DNA of 64,000 nucleotides, taken from Pirellulaceae bacterium. Lineage in GTDB: Bacteria; Planctomycetota; Planctomycetia; Pirellulales; Pirellulaceae. The position numbers were made by a program, and so were the translations under genes. Location of the stretch: NCBI GenBank assembly GCA_963714685.1, contig CAVQPH010000015.1:46513-110512 (forward strand). Reading direction: 5' to 3'. Positions 22,598 through 33,074 of the stretch are shown one piece after another; position 1 is the stretch's first letter, and each line of letters opens with the position of its first letter. The notes under the pieces were generated by a model that was not told where the DNA came from, did no database searches, and was given only the letters and a program-made list of their open reading frames with translations.

Positions 22598-22834
22598 ATG
22601 CGAGCCAAATTAGTTCGATCGATGCAAGACTGCGACCGTTGGGTTGTCGAATTTGATTACCGAGATTCAAAAGGGAAGGAATCCAAGCGAGTGGTCAGTC
22701 CCGTAAGATTCCTGTCCAACGAGCGGTTCCTCGGATTCTGCCTTTCCCGCGAAGAACCCCGGCAGTTCTATTTGAGTCGGATCCAGAATCTGGAACTCCA
22801 GCCCGCCGAAAACTACGTGATCGGTCAGGCGTAG
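22598..22834 (+). CDS. Small stand-alone WYL-domain protein (78 aa)
   Basis: VEFDYRDSKGKESKRVVSPVRF...FLGFCLSREEPRQFYLSRIQNL fits the WYL core; CAGGA RBS upstream. Confidence 0.75.
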   Translation: MRAKLVRSMQDCDRWVVEFDYRDSKGKESKRVVSPVRFLSNERFLGFCLSREEPRQFYLSRIQNLELQPAENYVIGQA

Positions 22835-22895
22835 GCTGGAAGGAGTTGTGGACGCCGCGGATCCGATTTCAGTCTTGCATTGCGGGATTGATTGT

Positions 22896-23979
22896 TCAGC
22901 GTTCTGTTCCGAGCCCCAACTGGTCCTTGCAGTAATCAAGACTGCGTTTGAGTTCTGCCAGTTGGTAATCGGCATCGCCAGCTTTGCCGACAGGGACTTC
23001 TTGGCCAGTCCGGGCCAGTTTCAGGAAAGCCTCGAAATCTCTGCGCCTTCGCCTCGGGGAAAATGTCCCAGAATTCTTCCTCGTGATAAGCGAAAAGTTT
23101 ATTGAATCCAGAAATGATTTCCAACTGAAACGGAACGTCCGGACAAAGCTGTTGCCAGCGTTCCACGTATTGCTTCCAGTCGACCTGGCCTTCCCCGATG
23201 GCGTTCCAGGCAACTTTGGCTCCCTGTTCGACTTCCCAGATCGTCGAATCGCGGATGCCGGAACAGGCGGCATAAGGTCCGAGGAGCTCGAGATGATTGA
23301 GTGGATGTTCGAGGGTCCAGGTTGCATTGCCACTGTCGAGCGTCGCGCCAACAAAATCCTTGCCTGCCGCTTCGATCAAACCGATCAGTTCCCACGCCTG
23401 CATGTCGCCCGCATGGTTTTCGACCGCGATTTTGACGCCCGCATCGACGGCGATCGGTTTGACGGCGGTCAACAGTTTGACGGTTTCATCAATGTGTCGC
23501 TGAATTCCACCTGCGCCTTCCCGGTCTTTTTGACCACCGAGGTAGCAGCGAACCACATCCGATCCAACATCAGCGGCTACGCGGATGCACAGCTTCAGAT
23601 GCTCTTCCGCAGTCCCCCATTTTTTGATGAATCGACCGGCCGTCGGGCAAATGCCACCGGTACCGGACTGAATGAAGATCCCCTGGTCTCTGGCTTTGGC
23701 GGCCAACGTTTTGAGATAGTCCGGGGTGTGATTCTCGAACACGTCCAGATCCGAGAACAACACCGAGTCCACCTGCTGTTCCGCAGCAAAATCAATAATC
23801 CGGTCGGCTTTCCAGTTGCAAGCGCGAATCGAAAAATTGTCAAATCCCAGTCGGATGGGCGGCTTGGCAACTGCCGGCGCCGACCTTCCGAGCGCGGTTT
23901 TCAGTGGCAGGGAGGCAGCCAGTGAGGTACTGGCGACGATTTTTCCGAATTGGCGTCGATTGAGAAAGTCGTGACTCAA
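22896..23979 (-). CDS. Tat-exported sugar phosphate isomerase/epimerase (TIM barrel); frameshift near 23040
   Basis: LNRRQF Tat motif, AVENHAGD, TLDSGN, IGEGQVDW. The C-terminus in the adjacent frame ends LGLGTER*. Confidence 0.85.
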
Positions 23980-23997
23980 CGTAGGCTCCCAGTTGAT

Positions 23998-24528
23998 TCA
24001 GGCCTGTTTGGCTCGTTCGATGGCTTCCGCGATCATTTGCCTCGCGACATCGGCTTCTTCGACTGAAGAAAGCTTGACCCATTTGTTGGGTTCGAGATCT
24101 TTGTAATGAGCGAAAAAATGTTCAACCTGTTTGATCGTGATTTCCGGTAAATCGGAATAACTGCGAATGTCGACGTATCTGCGCGTGGTCCGAGTGGCAG
24201 GTACGGCGATGATTTTTTCGTCCTGGCCAGAATCATCTTCCATGATCAGCACGCCAATCGGACGACAGTTCAAAACCGCACCCGGGACGATCTCGCGCGT
24301 ATTGCAAATCAGCACATCGATCGGGTCGCCATCGAGCGATAAAGTGTGGGGAACAAAACCGTAGTTCCCCGGGTAGACCATTGGTGTGTAAAGAAACCGG
24401 TCGACAAACAGCGTCCCGGATTTTTTATCCAGTTCGTACTTGATCGGTTGCCCACCCAGGGGCACTTCCACGATCACATTGACGTCGTTGGGGGGATCGT
24501 CACCAATCGGGATTTCGTCAATTCGCAT
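23998..24528 (-). CDS. ppa: Family I inorganic pyrophosphatase
   Basis: [37 protein letters not shown]. Confidence 0.97.
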   Translation of the reverse strand: MRIDEIPIGDDPPNDVNVIVEVPLGGQPIKYELDKKSGTLFVDRFLYTPMVYPGNYGFVPHTLSLDGDPIDVLICNTREIVPGAVLNCRPIGVLIMEDDSGQDEKIIAVPATRTTRRYVDIRSYSDLPEITIKQVEHFFAHYKDLEPNKWVKLSSVEEADVARQMIAEAIERAKQA

Positions 24529-24581
24529 GGATCGCCGAATCGTTACCAGTTGGCAGGGAAACTGTCAGGACGTGCGGATGA

Positions 24582-25040
24582 TTATTCGCTGCTACCGTTA
24601 CTTTGGCCGTTGACGATTTGGTTCAGGTCGTCCGCAATTTTCTTGACGGCCTGTTGCACCGCGTCTTCACCGAGACGGAGAACGCGAACGGTTTCCCAAC
24701 CCTTGCCTTCCTCGCCATCCAGTGCCACCCGAAATTCTTCGTAGGCTTGGTCAATTTGTTCGCGCTGCTCTTCCGAGATTCCGGGAACTTTGGTTTTCAG
24801 TTTCCAATTCAACTGGCACTTGCCTTTGTAGACTTGTGCAATGCTGCACTTGTCACCGGCGGTTGCCAAAAAGGTCGCGTAATCAGTTTTTCCACGAGCA
24901 ACTTTTTGATAGGTGACGTTCAGATCGGTTGCTTCGACAATGAATTGTTCCAGGTCAACATACGCGTGGTAGGCTTGGCCGCTAGGGCAAAGTCGTTCTG
25001 TTTCTTCTTCCCATTGTTCTCGGGTAATGTCGCTGGCCAT
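24582..25040 (-). CDS. Hypothetical protein
   Basis: 152-aa ORF with a GAGG RBS and normal composition; no recognised motif. Confidence 0.65.
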   Translation of the reverse strand: MASDITREQWEEETERLCPSGQAYHAYVDLEQFIVEATDLNVTYQKVARGKTDYATFLATAGDKCSIAQVYKGKCQLNWKLKTKVPGISEEQREQIDQAYEEFRVALDGEEGKGWETVRVLRLGEDAVQQAVKKIADDLNQIVNGQSNGSSE

Positions 25041-25405
25041 TCGGTAAATTCCTCAACTTTTCAAACTGATGCGATACCATCCCATCATAGCTAATTTGTC
25101 AAATTTTTGCAGCACTGGATCCAAAAAATACGCCGCAGGTTGGTTAAATCTCCGAATTCAAAACAGCGACATGATCCAACCGAGTCGCGGGTTGTCATGC
25201 CAAAACGAGCACAACCGAACGTGGACAACTAAATTTGATTGAACTACCCAATTTGAACGTGCCGTTTTCGCAAATCGAGAATTTCCATCCGCTGTTGATT
25301 CAGGCAAAATCTCCAACACGGTTGAAAAAACGGTCTGACGGTGCCAGAAATGTCATTTCTGCTAAGATATAAGAGTATTTCAGATACCCCTCTACGAGAT
25401 GTTGA

Positions 25406-26124
25406 ATGACTGTTCGCGCCAACTCAGATTCCCGATTCTTGATGAAGTATCTGTTGATCGGAATCGGATGTCTCGCCTTCGGATCTTGGGCGGTCTACGA
25501 CGGGTTCGTCAGTTATCCCAAGAAGCTGGAAAAAGCAAAAATCCTCGCCAATTTGAAAACCGAAAACGAAGATGCGTCCGTTTGGCAACAACGATGGAAA
25601 GAAGTCGCGGTTGAGAAAGGCTGGGTAACGCGGATTCGATCCGATAAAAATCGCGGACGGCTTCGATTTGATTGCTGAAAAACGACCGTCCAAGACGCCT
25701 AAAGAGATTGAGTACGATATCGTCTGGCAATATATCTTCATCGGGATTGGCGGCACTGATTGGCTTTCCCTGCCTGTTTTGGTATTTCAAAAATCGCGGC
25801 ACCTGGATCGAATCGACAAAAGATGGATTGAAATCCAGTTGGGGACAGGAGGTCCGCATCTCTCAGATTACCCAGTTCGATAAAAAGAAATGGGAAAAGA
25901 AGGGAATCGGTGTTTTGACCTACGAAGGTCCGAACGGGACCGAAAAATTTGTCGTCGACGATCTGAAATATTCACGCAAGGAAATGGATCAGATTGTTTG
26001 CTGGATCGAATCCCAGATTCCGAGGGAAATGATTGTCAATGGCGAACCCGAGCCCGTCGCAGGATCGGAAGACAAGACGATCCTCGATACGAAAGAGCTG
26101 GAAGACACGGAAGTTTCCAACTGA
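25406..26124 (+). CDS. Hypothetical membrane protein, frameshifted (three overlapping ORF pieces)
   Basis: Pieces 25406-25678, 25668-25883 and 25672-26124 join into a TM-loop-TM-soluble domain protein (KKKWEKKGIGVLTY...VDDLKY). Confidence 0.6.
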
Positions 26125-26246
26125 CAGAATGACAAAACGGATTCGCTGTTCAACGCTTGATCGCGCTTCCCAAGTGTCAATCGGGAAGCCTCGTACAGAC
26201 GCGAATGGGATGCACACCAACTACCATCGCAGAAATTCGACTGAGA

Positions 26247-28769
26247 ATGAAAACTCGAACCTATCAATTTTTGCTGGTCGTGCTGGCGGTGACTGCTGGC
26301 TGCCGCTGCGAGGCAATCTTCGCACAGGACCTGCCGGTTTCCTTCAATCGGGATATCCGACCAATCCTTTCCGACAAGTGCTTTCAATGCCACGGTCCGG
26401 ACGAACATGCCCGCGAGGCTGGCCTGCGACTGGATGTCAGGGAACAAGCCCTGGATCTGGTTGAGCCTGGTGATCCGGACGAGAGTGAGCTGATCTACCG
26501 CGTGCATGCCGATGACCCAGACGAACGAATGCCTCCACCGGAAATCAACAAGCCGCTGTCGGAGCGGGAGTTGCAGTTGCTGAAGCGGTGGGTCGAGGAA
26601 GGCGCCAACTGGTCGGAATTCTGGGCGTACGTCGAACCGGTCAAATTCGACGTGCCGGATTCAAAGTTCTTCAATAAATCGGCGAATTGGATCGACCGAA
26701 TGGTCAGTTCGCGGCTGGAAACGCTCGATCTCCAGTTGTCCGGAAAGGCCGACAAGGTCACGCTGATTCGACGCGTCTACTTCGATTTGATCGGATTGCC
26801 ACCGACCCCCGAGCAGGTCCAGGAGTTCGTCGAGGACGGATCAGCGGACGCTTTTGAAAAAGTCGTGGATTCGTTGTTGGCTTCGCCCCATTTCGGCGAG
26901 CGAATGGCGGTCTATTGGCTGGATCTGGTCAGGTACGCCGATACGGTTGGCTATCATGGCGATCAGGACCACAACATCTCGCCCTATCGCGACTGGGTCA
27001 TTGATGCCTTCAACAAAAACATGCCGTTTGACCAGTTCACACGCGAGCAATTGGCGGGCGATTTACTGCCAAAACCGACGATCAGTCAAAAAGTTGCTTC
27101 GGGCTACAACCGTTTGCTTCAGACGACTCACGAGGGCGGGTTGCAACCGAAAGAGTATTCGGCGATCTACGCGGCAGATCGCGTACGCAATGTTTCCGTC
27201 GTCTGGATGGGGGCGACCGTCGGGTGTGCCCAGTGTCACGATCACAAATATGACCCCTATACTTCCACCGATTTTTATTCGTTGGCTGCCTTTTTTGCCG
27301 ACATCGATGACGAATCCCATTTCAAAACGGGTACCAATTCGTTACCGACGAAACGACCGCCGGAGATCCTGCTGATTTCCGAACAGGATCGGGCAAGACT
27401 TGACGAGTTTCAGGCCCAAATCAAAACGCTGGAGCAGCAGGTTGCCGAAACGAAACAAGAGTTAGCGGCGCAGAAGAAAGCCGCCCAGCAAAAACAGGAA
27501 TCCAAGTCAACGGACGGAGCCGACGATTCGTGCAATCCGAATCCTGACGATGTTAAGCAAGTCACCGAGCAATTGGAGTCGCTGCAAAAAGAACTTAACG
27601 CGGTCAAATCAGCCGCCGCAAACACGGAACGCCGAGGCCGCTGGTCAATGGTTACCCAGGCACTGGAGCAACCGCGAACCATCCGGGTCTTACCACGAGG
27701 CAACTGGCTGGATGAATCGGGGCCGATTGTCGAACCTGCGATTCCCAAATTTCTAGGTTCCATCAAGACCGCTGGCCCACGCGCGACGCGATTGGATCTT
27801 GCCAACTGGTTGACCGATGCGAATCAGGCCAGTGGTAAATTAACGGCGCGAGTCATGGCCAATCGGATTTGGTACCTGTTGATGGGAGTTGGCATTTCAA
27901 AATCGCTGGACGATTTCGGTGGACAGGGCGAGGCTCCGGCGTTTCCCGAACTGCTTGACAATCTTGCCATCGAATTCGTCGAAACCCAGTGGGACCTCAA
28001 ATCGCTGATTCGGCAGATTGTGACCAGTCAAACCTACCAGCAGACTTCGATGACGTCGGAAAGCCTGCAGCAAACGGACCCCTACAATCAGCTGTTTGCC
28101 CGTCAGTCGCGATTTCGACTGCCCGCCGAAATGGTCCGAGACAATGCGCTGGCGATCAGTGGGTTGTTGGTGAACGATCAAATTGGCGGTCGCAGTGTCA
28201 AGCCTTACCAGCCCGCCGGTTATTACCAACACCTCAATTTCCCCGTCCGAAAATACGTCGCCGACGCTGACCGGAACCAGTGGCGTCGAGGCGTCTACGT
28301 TCACTGGCAGCGACAGTTTTTGCACCCGACGCTGAAGGCGCTTGACGCACCGTCGCGGGAGGAATGCACGGCCCAGCGAGCCAGGTCGAATACGCCTTCC
28401 GCCGCATTGGCCCTACTCAATGACCCCTGTTTTGTGGAAGCCGCACGCGTATTCGCTGAACAGGTGATCCGCGAAACGCCAGCCGCGGATTCCGTTGGCG
28501 ATAACCCCAGCGATCTGTTTGTCACACGACTGGAACGGATGTTTGAACGGGCGCTTTCGCGAAAACCGGATCCAGCCGAACAGGCGTTGCTTCAACAGGT
28601 ATTCGCAGGGAACTATCGCGAATTCTCGGCGGCCCCTGCGTCTGCGGCGTCACTCATCGCCGTTGGGATCGCACCGGTGGCCGACGATCTGGATGCGATC
28701 GAACTGGCGGCGTGGACGATGGTTGCCAGGGCCATCTTGAATACGAACGAATCCATGACCCGAAATTAA
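26247..28769 (+). CDS. Planctomycete cytochrome c protein (PSCyt1 + DUF1549 + DUF1553)
   Basis: FNRDIRPILSDKCFQCHGPD, CAQCHDHKYDP, WLDLVRYADT, LTARVMANRIW, ALALLND. Confidence 0.95.
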   Translation: MKTRTYQFLLVVLAVTAGCRCEAIFAQDLPVSFNRDIRPILSDKCFQCHGPDEHAREAGLRLDVREQALDLVEPGDPDESELIYRVHADDPDERMPPPEINKPLSERELQLLKRWVEEGANWSEFWAYVEPVKFDVPDSKFFNKSANWIDRMVSSRLETLDLQLSGKADKVTLIRRVYFDLIGLPPTPEQVQEFVEDGSADAFEKVVDSLLASPHFGERMAVYWLDLVRYADTVGYHGDQDHNISPYRDWVIDAFNKNMPFDQFTREQLAGDLLPKPTISQKVASGYNRLLQTTHEGGLQPKEYSAIYAADRVRNVSVVWMGATVGCAQCHDHKYDPYTSTDFYSLAAFFADIDDESHFKTGTNSLPTKRPPEILLISEQDRARLDEFQAQIKTLEQQVAETKQELAAQKKAAQQKQESKSTDGADDSCNPNPDDVKQVTEQLESLQKELNAVKSAAANTERRGRWSMVTQALEQPRTIRVLPRGNWLDESGPIVEPAIPKFLGSIKTAGPRATRLDLANWLTDANQASGKLTARVMANRIWYLLMGVGISKSLDDFGGQGEAPAFPELLDNLAIEFVETQWDLKSLIRQIVTSQTYQQTSMTSESLQQTDPYNQLFARQSRFRLPAEMVRDNALAISGLLVNDQIGGRSVKPYQPAGYYQHLNFPVRKYVADADRNQWRRGVYVHWQRQFLHPTLKALDAPSREECTAQRARSNTPSAALALLNDPCFVEAARVFAEQVIRETPAADSVGDNPSDLFVTRLERMFERALSRKPDPAEQALLQQVFAGNYREFSAAPASAASLIAVGIAPVADDLDAIELAAWTMVARAILNTNESMTRN

Positions 28770-28772
28770 TCC

Positions 28773-30227
28773 ATGAATCAAAACCGTCATTCTCAAATCC
28801 TGAACGCAATCAACCGACGTACTTTTTTGCGCTCCACGGGAGTCGGATTGGGGGCGGCAGCGCTGACCAGTCTTTCCTCACGAGAGCTGTTCGCCCAGGT
28901 CGGCACGTCAACCACCGGGGCGTTGAAACAGAACGAGTTGGGTTTGCCGCATCATGATCCTCGCATCAAGCGTGTGATTTTTTTATGCATGGCCGGTGGT
29001 CCATCCCACCTGGAGACCTTTGACTACAAACCGGAACTGGATCGACTGCATGGGCAGCCAATGCCCAATTCGTTTACTGCTGGTCAACCAATCGCACAGT
29101 TGCAGGGACAAAAACTGAAAGTCCAGGGGCACTTTGCCAAGTTCAGGAAATACGGCCAAAGCGGTCTGCAATTCAGCGACTACATTCCTTGGCAAGCGAA
29201 ATTGGCGGATGATATTTGCGTTGTGAAATCGATGGTCACCGAGCAGATCAATCATGATCCGGCCCATACTTTCATGAATACCGGGACCGCGATCAGTGGT
29301 CGTCCGTCGATGGGTTCCTGGATTAATTATGGACTGGGGAGTGAAAGTGAGGACCTGCCAGGTTTCGTGGTGATGTCCAGTGTCGGGGGGCGAAACCCGC
29401 AGCCGATCGCTTCGCGTCAATGGGCGGCAGGATTTTTGCCCAGCCAATACCAGGGGGTTGAATTCAATTCGGCTGGAAACCCCGTCAACTTCGTCGGCAA
29501 TCCGGCTGGAGTTTCCCGGCATCAGCAGCAGGATTTGATCAAGGCAATCAACCAACTGAATCAACTGAGAAACCAAAAGACCCAAAATCCGGAAATCGCT
29601 ACCCGCATTGCTGCCTACGAGTTGGCATTCCGAATGCAGGCTTCGGTGCCTGAATTGACCAGCATCGAAGACGAGCCACAGCACATCCTGGAGATGTACG
29701 GCGCGGAACCTGGCGACGGTTCGTTTGCGTCGAATTGCTTGTTGGCTCGCCGACTGGCAGAACGCGGTGTCCGATTTATTCAGCTGTACCATCGCGGTTG
29801 GGATCACCACGGCGATCTCGACAAATACATGAAGATCTGCTGTCAACACACCGACAGGGCAACCTGGGCGTTGGTTACGGATTTGAAACAACGTGGCCTA
29901 CTCGAAGATACGTTAGTGATCTGGGGTGGCGAATTTGGTCGGACTCCGATGTTCCAGGGCAAAGGCGGACCGGGTCGCGATCACCACATCAAGGGGTTTT
30001 CGATGTGGCTCGCCGGAGGTGGAATTCAAGGTGGAACCAGTTACGGCGAAACCGATGAATTGGGTTACCATTCAGTGAAAGACATCGTGCACGTCCGGGA
30101 TCTACACGCCACGATGTTGCACATGCTGGGGATTGATCACGATCGGTTCAGCGTGAAGTTCCAAGGTCTGGACATGAAATTGACCGGAGTCGAACCGGCT
30201 CGAGCCGTGACCGAGATTATGGTTTAA
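28773..30227 (+). CDS. DUF1501 domain Tat-exported protein
   Basis: NRRTFL Tat motif, GGPSHLETFDYKP, LLARRLAERGVRF, WGGEFGRTP, GRDHH. Confidence 0.95.
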   Translation: MNQNRHSQILNAINRRTFLRSTGVGLGAAALTSLSSRELFAQVGTSTTGALKQNELGLPHHDPRIKRVIFLCMAGGPSHLETFDYKPELDRLHGQPMPNSFTAGQPIAQLQGQKLKVQGHFAKFRKYGQSGLQFSDYIPWQAKLADDICVVKSMVTEQINHDPAHTFMNTGTAISGRPSMGSWINYGLGSESEDLPGFVVMSSVGGRNPQPIASRQWAAGFLPSQYQGVEFNSAGNPVNFVGNPAGVSRHQQQDLIKAINQLNQLRNQKTQNPEIATRIAAYELAFRMQASVPELTSIEDEPQHILEMYGAEPGDGSFASNCLLARRLAERGVRFIQLYHRGWDHHGDLDKYMKICCQHTDRATWALVTDLKQRGLLEDTLVIWGGEFGRTPMFQGKGGPGRDHHIKGFSMWLAGGGIQGGTSYGETDELGYHSVKDIVHVRDLHATMLHMLGIDHDRFSVKFQGLDMKLTGVEPARAVTEIMV

Positions 30228-30487
30228 AGAATTTCGCTCGACCGCTCGACCAAGTAGTGATCATTGATTTCGTTCGCCGCAATCGGTGCTTGCCTGCGCC
30301 GGGATTCTCATTCTGCTTCTCGGATTCGGCCGCGTTCGTCGTCTTCCCGCGATGCTTCGGGCAATGGTTTCTCGTTGACTCGAGGTTTGACACAGGCCAT
30401 TGGATTATTGTTAGAATTCAAACTGGCTGCAAAACGACATCCGATCGGTTTGCACAACGACTCTGATTCAATTGGCCGATTTGTACC

Positions 30488-32320
30488 ATGAAAAACCCGC
30501 CTAAGATTGCCCTGTCCATTGTTCTGATTGGGATCCTTTCGTTGATCGCATCCTCGGTCCATGTTTCCGGGGCCATCCAGGACAGCGATGCCAGTGTGTC
30601 CTCGAAACCGAATGTGGTCTTGGTGATTACGGATGACCAGGGCTACGGTGATTTAGGATGTCATGGAAATCCGGTGTTGAAGACGCCCAATCTGGATCAG
30701 CTGTATGCAGAATCGGTGCGGTTTACCGATTATCATGTCGCCCCCACCTGTTCCCCGACCCGCGCTGCGCTGCAGTCGGGACATTGGACAAATCGGACCG
30801 GGGTTTGGCACACGATCATGGGACGCAGCATGTTGCGCGAAAATGAACCGACGATCGGTCAGGTTTTCAGCGCCGCGGGCTACGCGACCGGGATGTTTGG
30901 AAAATGGCATCTGGGAGACAATTATCCGTTCCGCCCGGAAGATCGCGGATACACGGAAGTCCTTCGGCACGGTGGCGGTGGAGTCGGACAAACCCCCGAC
31001 TATTGGGATAACGCGTATTTTGATGGTAGCTACTGGCACAACGGGAAACCGGTGCCGGTCGAGGGCTACTGCAGCGATGTCTTTTTCGATTACGCCAAGA
31101 AATTCATCCTAGCGTCGGCAGCGGCGGATCAGCCGTTTTTTGCCTACATCGCCACCAATGCGCCTCACGGGCCGAATCATGCGCCGACCGAGTTTGCCGA
31201 ACCCTATGTCTCCGACTACAACGTCGCAACAGCACATTTTTTGGGAATGATCGCGAATATTGACGACAACGTTGGTCGGATGAGAAAGTTCCTCGCCGAT
31301 GAAGGCCTGGCTGACAATACGATTTTCATCTTCACCACCGACAATGGCACGGCGGGCGGAGACAAGATCTTCAACGCCGGAATGCGTGGCAAGAAAGGCA
31401 GCCAATACGAAGGCGGTCATCGGGTCCCGTTTTTTCTGACTTGGCCGAACAAGGGACTGAACGAGGGGCGCGAGATGAGCCAACTATGCCATGCCGTAGA
31501 TGTGCTGCCCACGTTAATTGAGATGTGTGGAATTCCGGCTCCGGCGGATGTTCGTTTTGATGGACGCAGCATTAAAAGTCTGATCGAAGGCAATCCTGAT
31601 CCCTCGGTCGATTGGGACGAACGGATGTTGATCACGGATTCGCAGCGCGTCAAAGACCCGATCAAGTGGAAATCCAGCAGCGTGATGACTTCGAAATGGC
31701 GTTTGATCGATGGCAAAGAGCTGTACGATATCAAGTCTGATCCAGGGCAGAAGGTCGATGTGGCGTCGGCCTACCCGGCGGAAGTTCGGCGATTGCGTGA
31801 ATTCTACGACGGATGGTGGGAAGAGCTGTTACCCAGCTTTTCCGACGCGACGGCAATTTACCTGGGGCATGAAAATGACAATCCTGCGCGGTTGACGTGC
31901 CATGACTGGATCACCATTGGATCGACGCCGTGGAACCAGGGCCACATCCGCCGTGGACTGGATCGCGAAGATTGCATGGGTTACTGGAATGTCTACATCG
32001 CGCGGCCCGGAAAGTACGAAATTCGATTACGCCGTTGGCCGGAAGAAACCAATGCCGCAATCAATGCGGGCATGGAACCGGGTGCCGACGTACCAGGTGT
32101 CAAAGCGATGCGGACCGCGGCCGGTCGGCAATTTGATCTCAGCACCGCGACTGTCGAGATTGCTGGGAAAGAACTGAAAGCCAGTTTTGATCCGGATGCA
32201 ATCGAAGCGGTGATTACGACCGAATTGCCCGTCGGCAAAACGCAGCTGCAAGCCACTTTTCACGCTGCCGATGGGTCCAGTGTCGGTGCTTATTACGCGT
32301 ACGTGACGCGGATTGAGTGA
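30488..32320 (+). CDS. Arylsulfatase (formylglycine-dependent, Cys-type)
   Basis: PNVVLVITDDQGYGD, CSPTRAAL, FGKWHLGD, TDNG, YEGGHRVPF. Confidence 0.95.
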   Translation: MKNPPKIALSIVLIGILSLIASSVHVSGAIQDSDASVSSKPNVVLVITDDQGYGDLGCHGNPVLKTPNLDQLYAESVRFTDYHVAPTCSPTRAALQSGHWTNRTGVWHTIMGRSMLRENEPTIGQVFSAAGYATGMFGKWHLGDNYPFRPEDRGYTEVLRHGGGGVGQTPDYWDNAYFDGSYWHNGKPVPVEGYCSDVFFDYAKKFILASAAADQPFFAYIATNAPHGPNHAPTEFAEPYVSDYNVATAHFLGMIANIDDNVGRMRKFLADEGLADNTIFIFTTDNGTAGGDKIFNAGMRGKKGSQYEGGHRVPFFLTWPNKGLNEGREMSQLCHAVDVLPTLIEMCGIPAPADVRFDGRSIKSLIEGNPDPSVDWDERMLITDSQRVKDPIKWKSSSVMTSKWRLIDGKELYDIKSDPGQKVDVASAYPAEVRRLREFYDGWWEELLPSFSDATAIYLGHENDNPARLTCHDWITIGSTPWNQGHIRRGLDREDCMGYWNVYIARPGKYEIRLRRWPEETNAAINAGMEPGADVPGVKAMRTAAGRQFDLSTATVEIAGKELKASFDPDAIEAVITTELPVGKTQLQATFHAADGSSVGAYYAYVTRIE

Positions 32321-32331
32321 TTGCGCCCATG

Positions 32332-32513
32332 GCATCGCGGCGAGAATAACTTTGGTGTGTCTCAAAATTTTGCGCTGCAAAACTTTGCTCCCCTCTCACC
32401 GGAAATTCGCACGAGAATGGATCGCCGCTTTGCTCCAGCTTTCCTCAAATTTACGGGGTGAGGGAGAGCAAGGCGTATTTTGAGAAATGCCGAAGTTATT
32501 CTCCCTGCGAATC
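32332..32513. mobile_element. Short MITE-like palindromic element (same TIR family as 38821-40256)
   Basis: Left GCATCGCGGCGAGAATAACTTTGGTGTGTCTCAAAAT pairs imperfectly with right ATTTTGAGAAATGCCGAAGTTATTCTCCCTGCGAATC. Inner hairpin TGCTCCCCTCTCACC...GGTGAGGGAGAGCA. It lies between convergent genes. Confidence 0.7.
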
Positions 32514-32903
32514 TTAGCCGTCGTTCTGAGACGATCGCTTTGCCAGAATTTCGCCGACTTTGACCATTAACTGATCGAAAACGTCTTCGGACAGGTTCAG
32601 ATTGGCCGCAATTTTCTTTAACACATCGCGTTCGACCTCGGAAACGACTCCATCGGCCATGGCTACCTGAATCAATTCAACCAGGGTTTCTTTCGGATCC
32701 TCTTTGAGGACCTTGAACTGTTGTTGATAAAAATTCGGGTCACGTTTAGCTCGCGCCACCATCGCCTCGACGGACGCCGTGCCGCAACCGACACCGCGGG
32801 CCAGTTTGTCGATTAACTTTTTTTCGTTGGGGCTCGTTTCTCCGTCGATTCCGGCAACGCAACAGGCGGCTCGAAGGATTTCTACTCTTTGTTCAGGATT
32901 CAT
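32514..32903 (-). CDS. TerB-like (tellurite resistance/DjlA N-terminal-like) protein
   Basis: VAGIDGETSPNE and VAMADGVVSEVERDVLKKIAANL are TerB-type motifs. Confidence 0.8.
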   Translation of the reverse strand: MNPEQRVEILRAACCVAGIDGETSPNEKKLIDKLARGVGCGTASVEAMVARAKRDPNFYQQQFKVLKEDPKETLVELIQVAMADGVVSEVERDVLKKIAANLNLSEDVFDQLMVKVGEILAKRSSQNDG

Positions 32904-33019
32904 GGTTGAAAAATCATTTGGAAGATCTTGACGCTTTCGTTATACCATGGCTGGCCAGTAGCTTGAAGGATGTAAGCGAATCCGATGGATATTGCATTGC
33001 CTCGAATGGGCGTCAGCGC

Positions 33020-33050
33020 AAAAAAAACTCCTCGCCATTACGAGGAGTTT
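33020..33050 (-). terminator. Rho-independent terminator after the serine protease gene
   Basis: AAACTCCTCG-ccatta-CGAGGAGTTT hairpin with an A-tract on the + strand (U-tract on the - strand). Confidence 0.7.
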
Positions 33051-33074
33051 CAAGCTCGATGTCATCCGCGATGA

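Noticed and set aside
32514-32903. Tellurite-resistance or defence island
   Set aside because: A lone TerB-like gene with no other ter or defence genes nearby.
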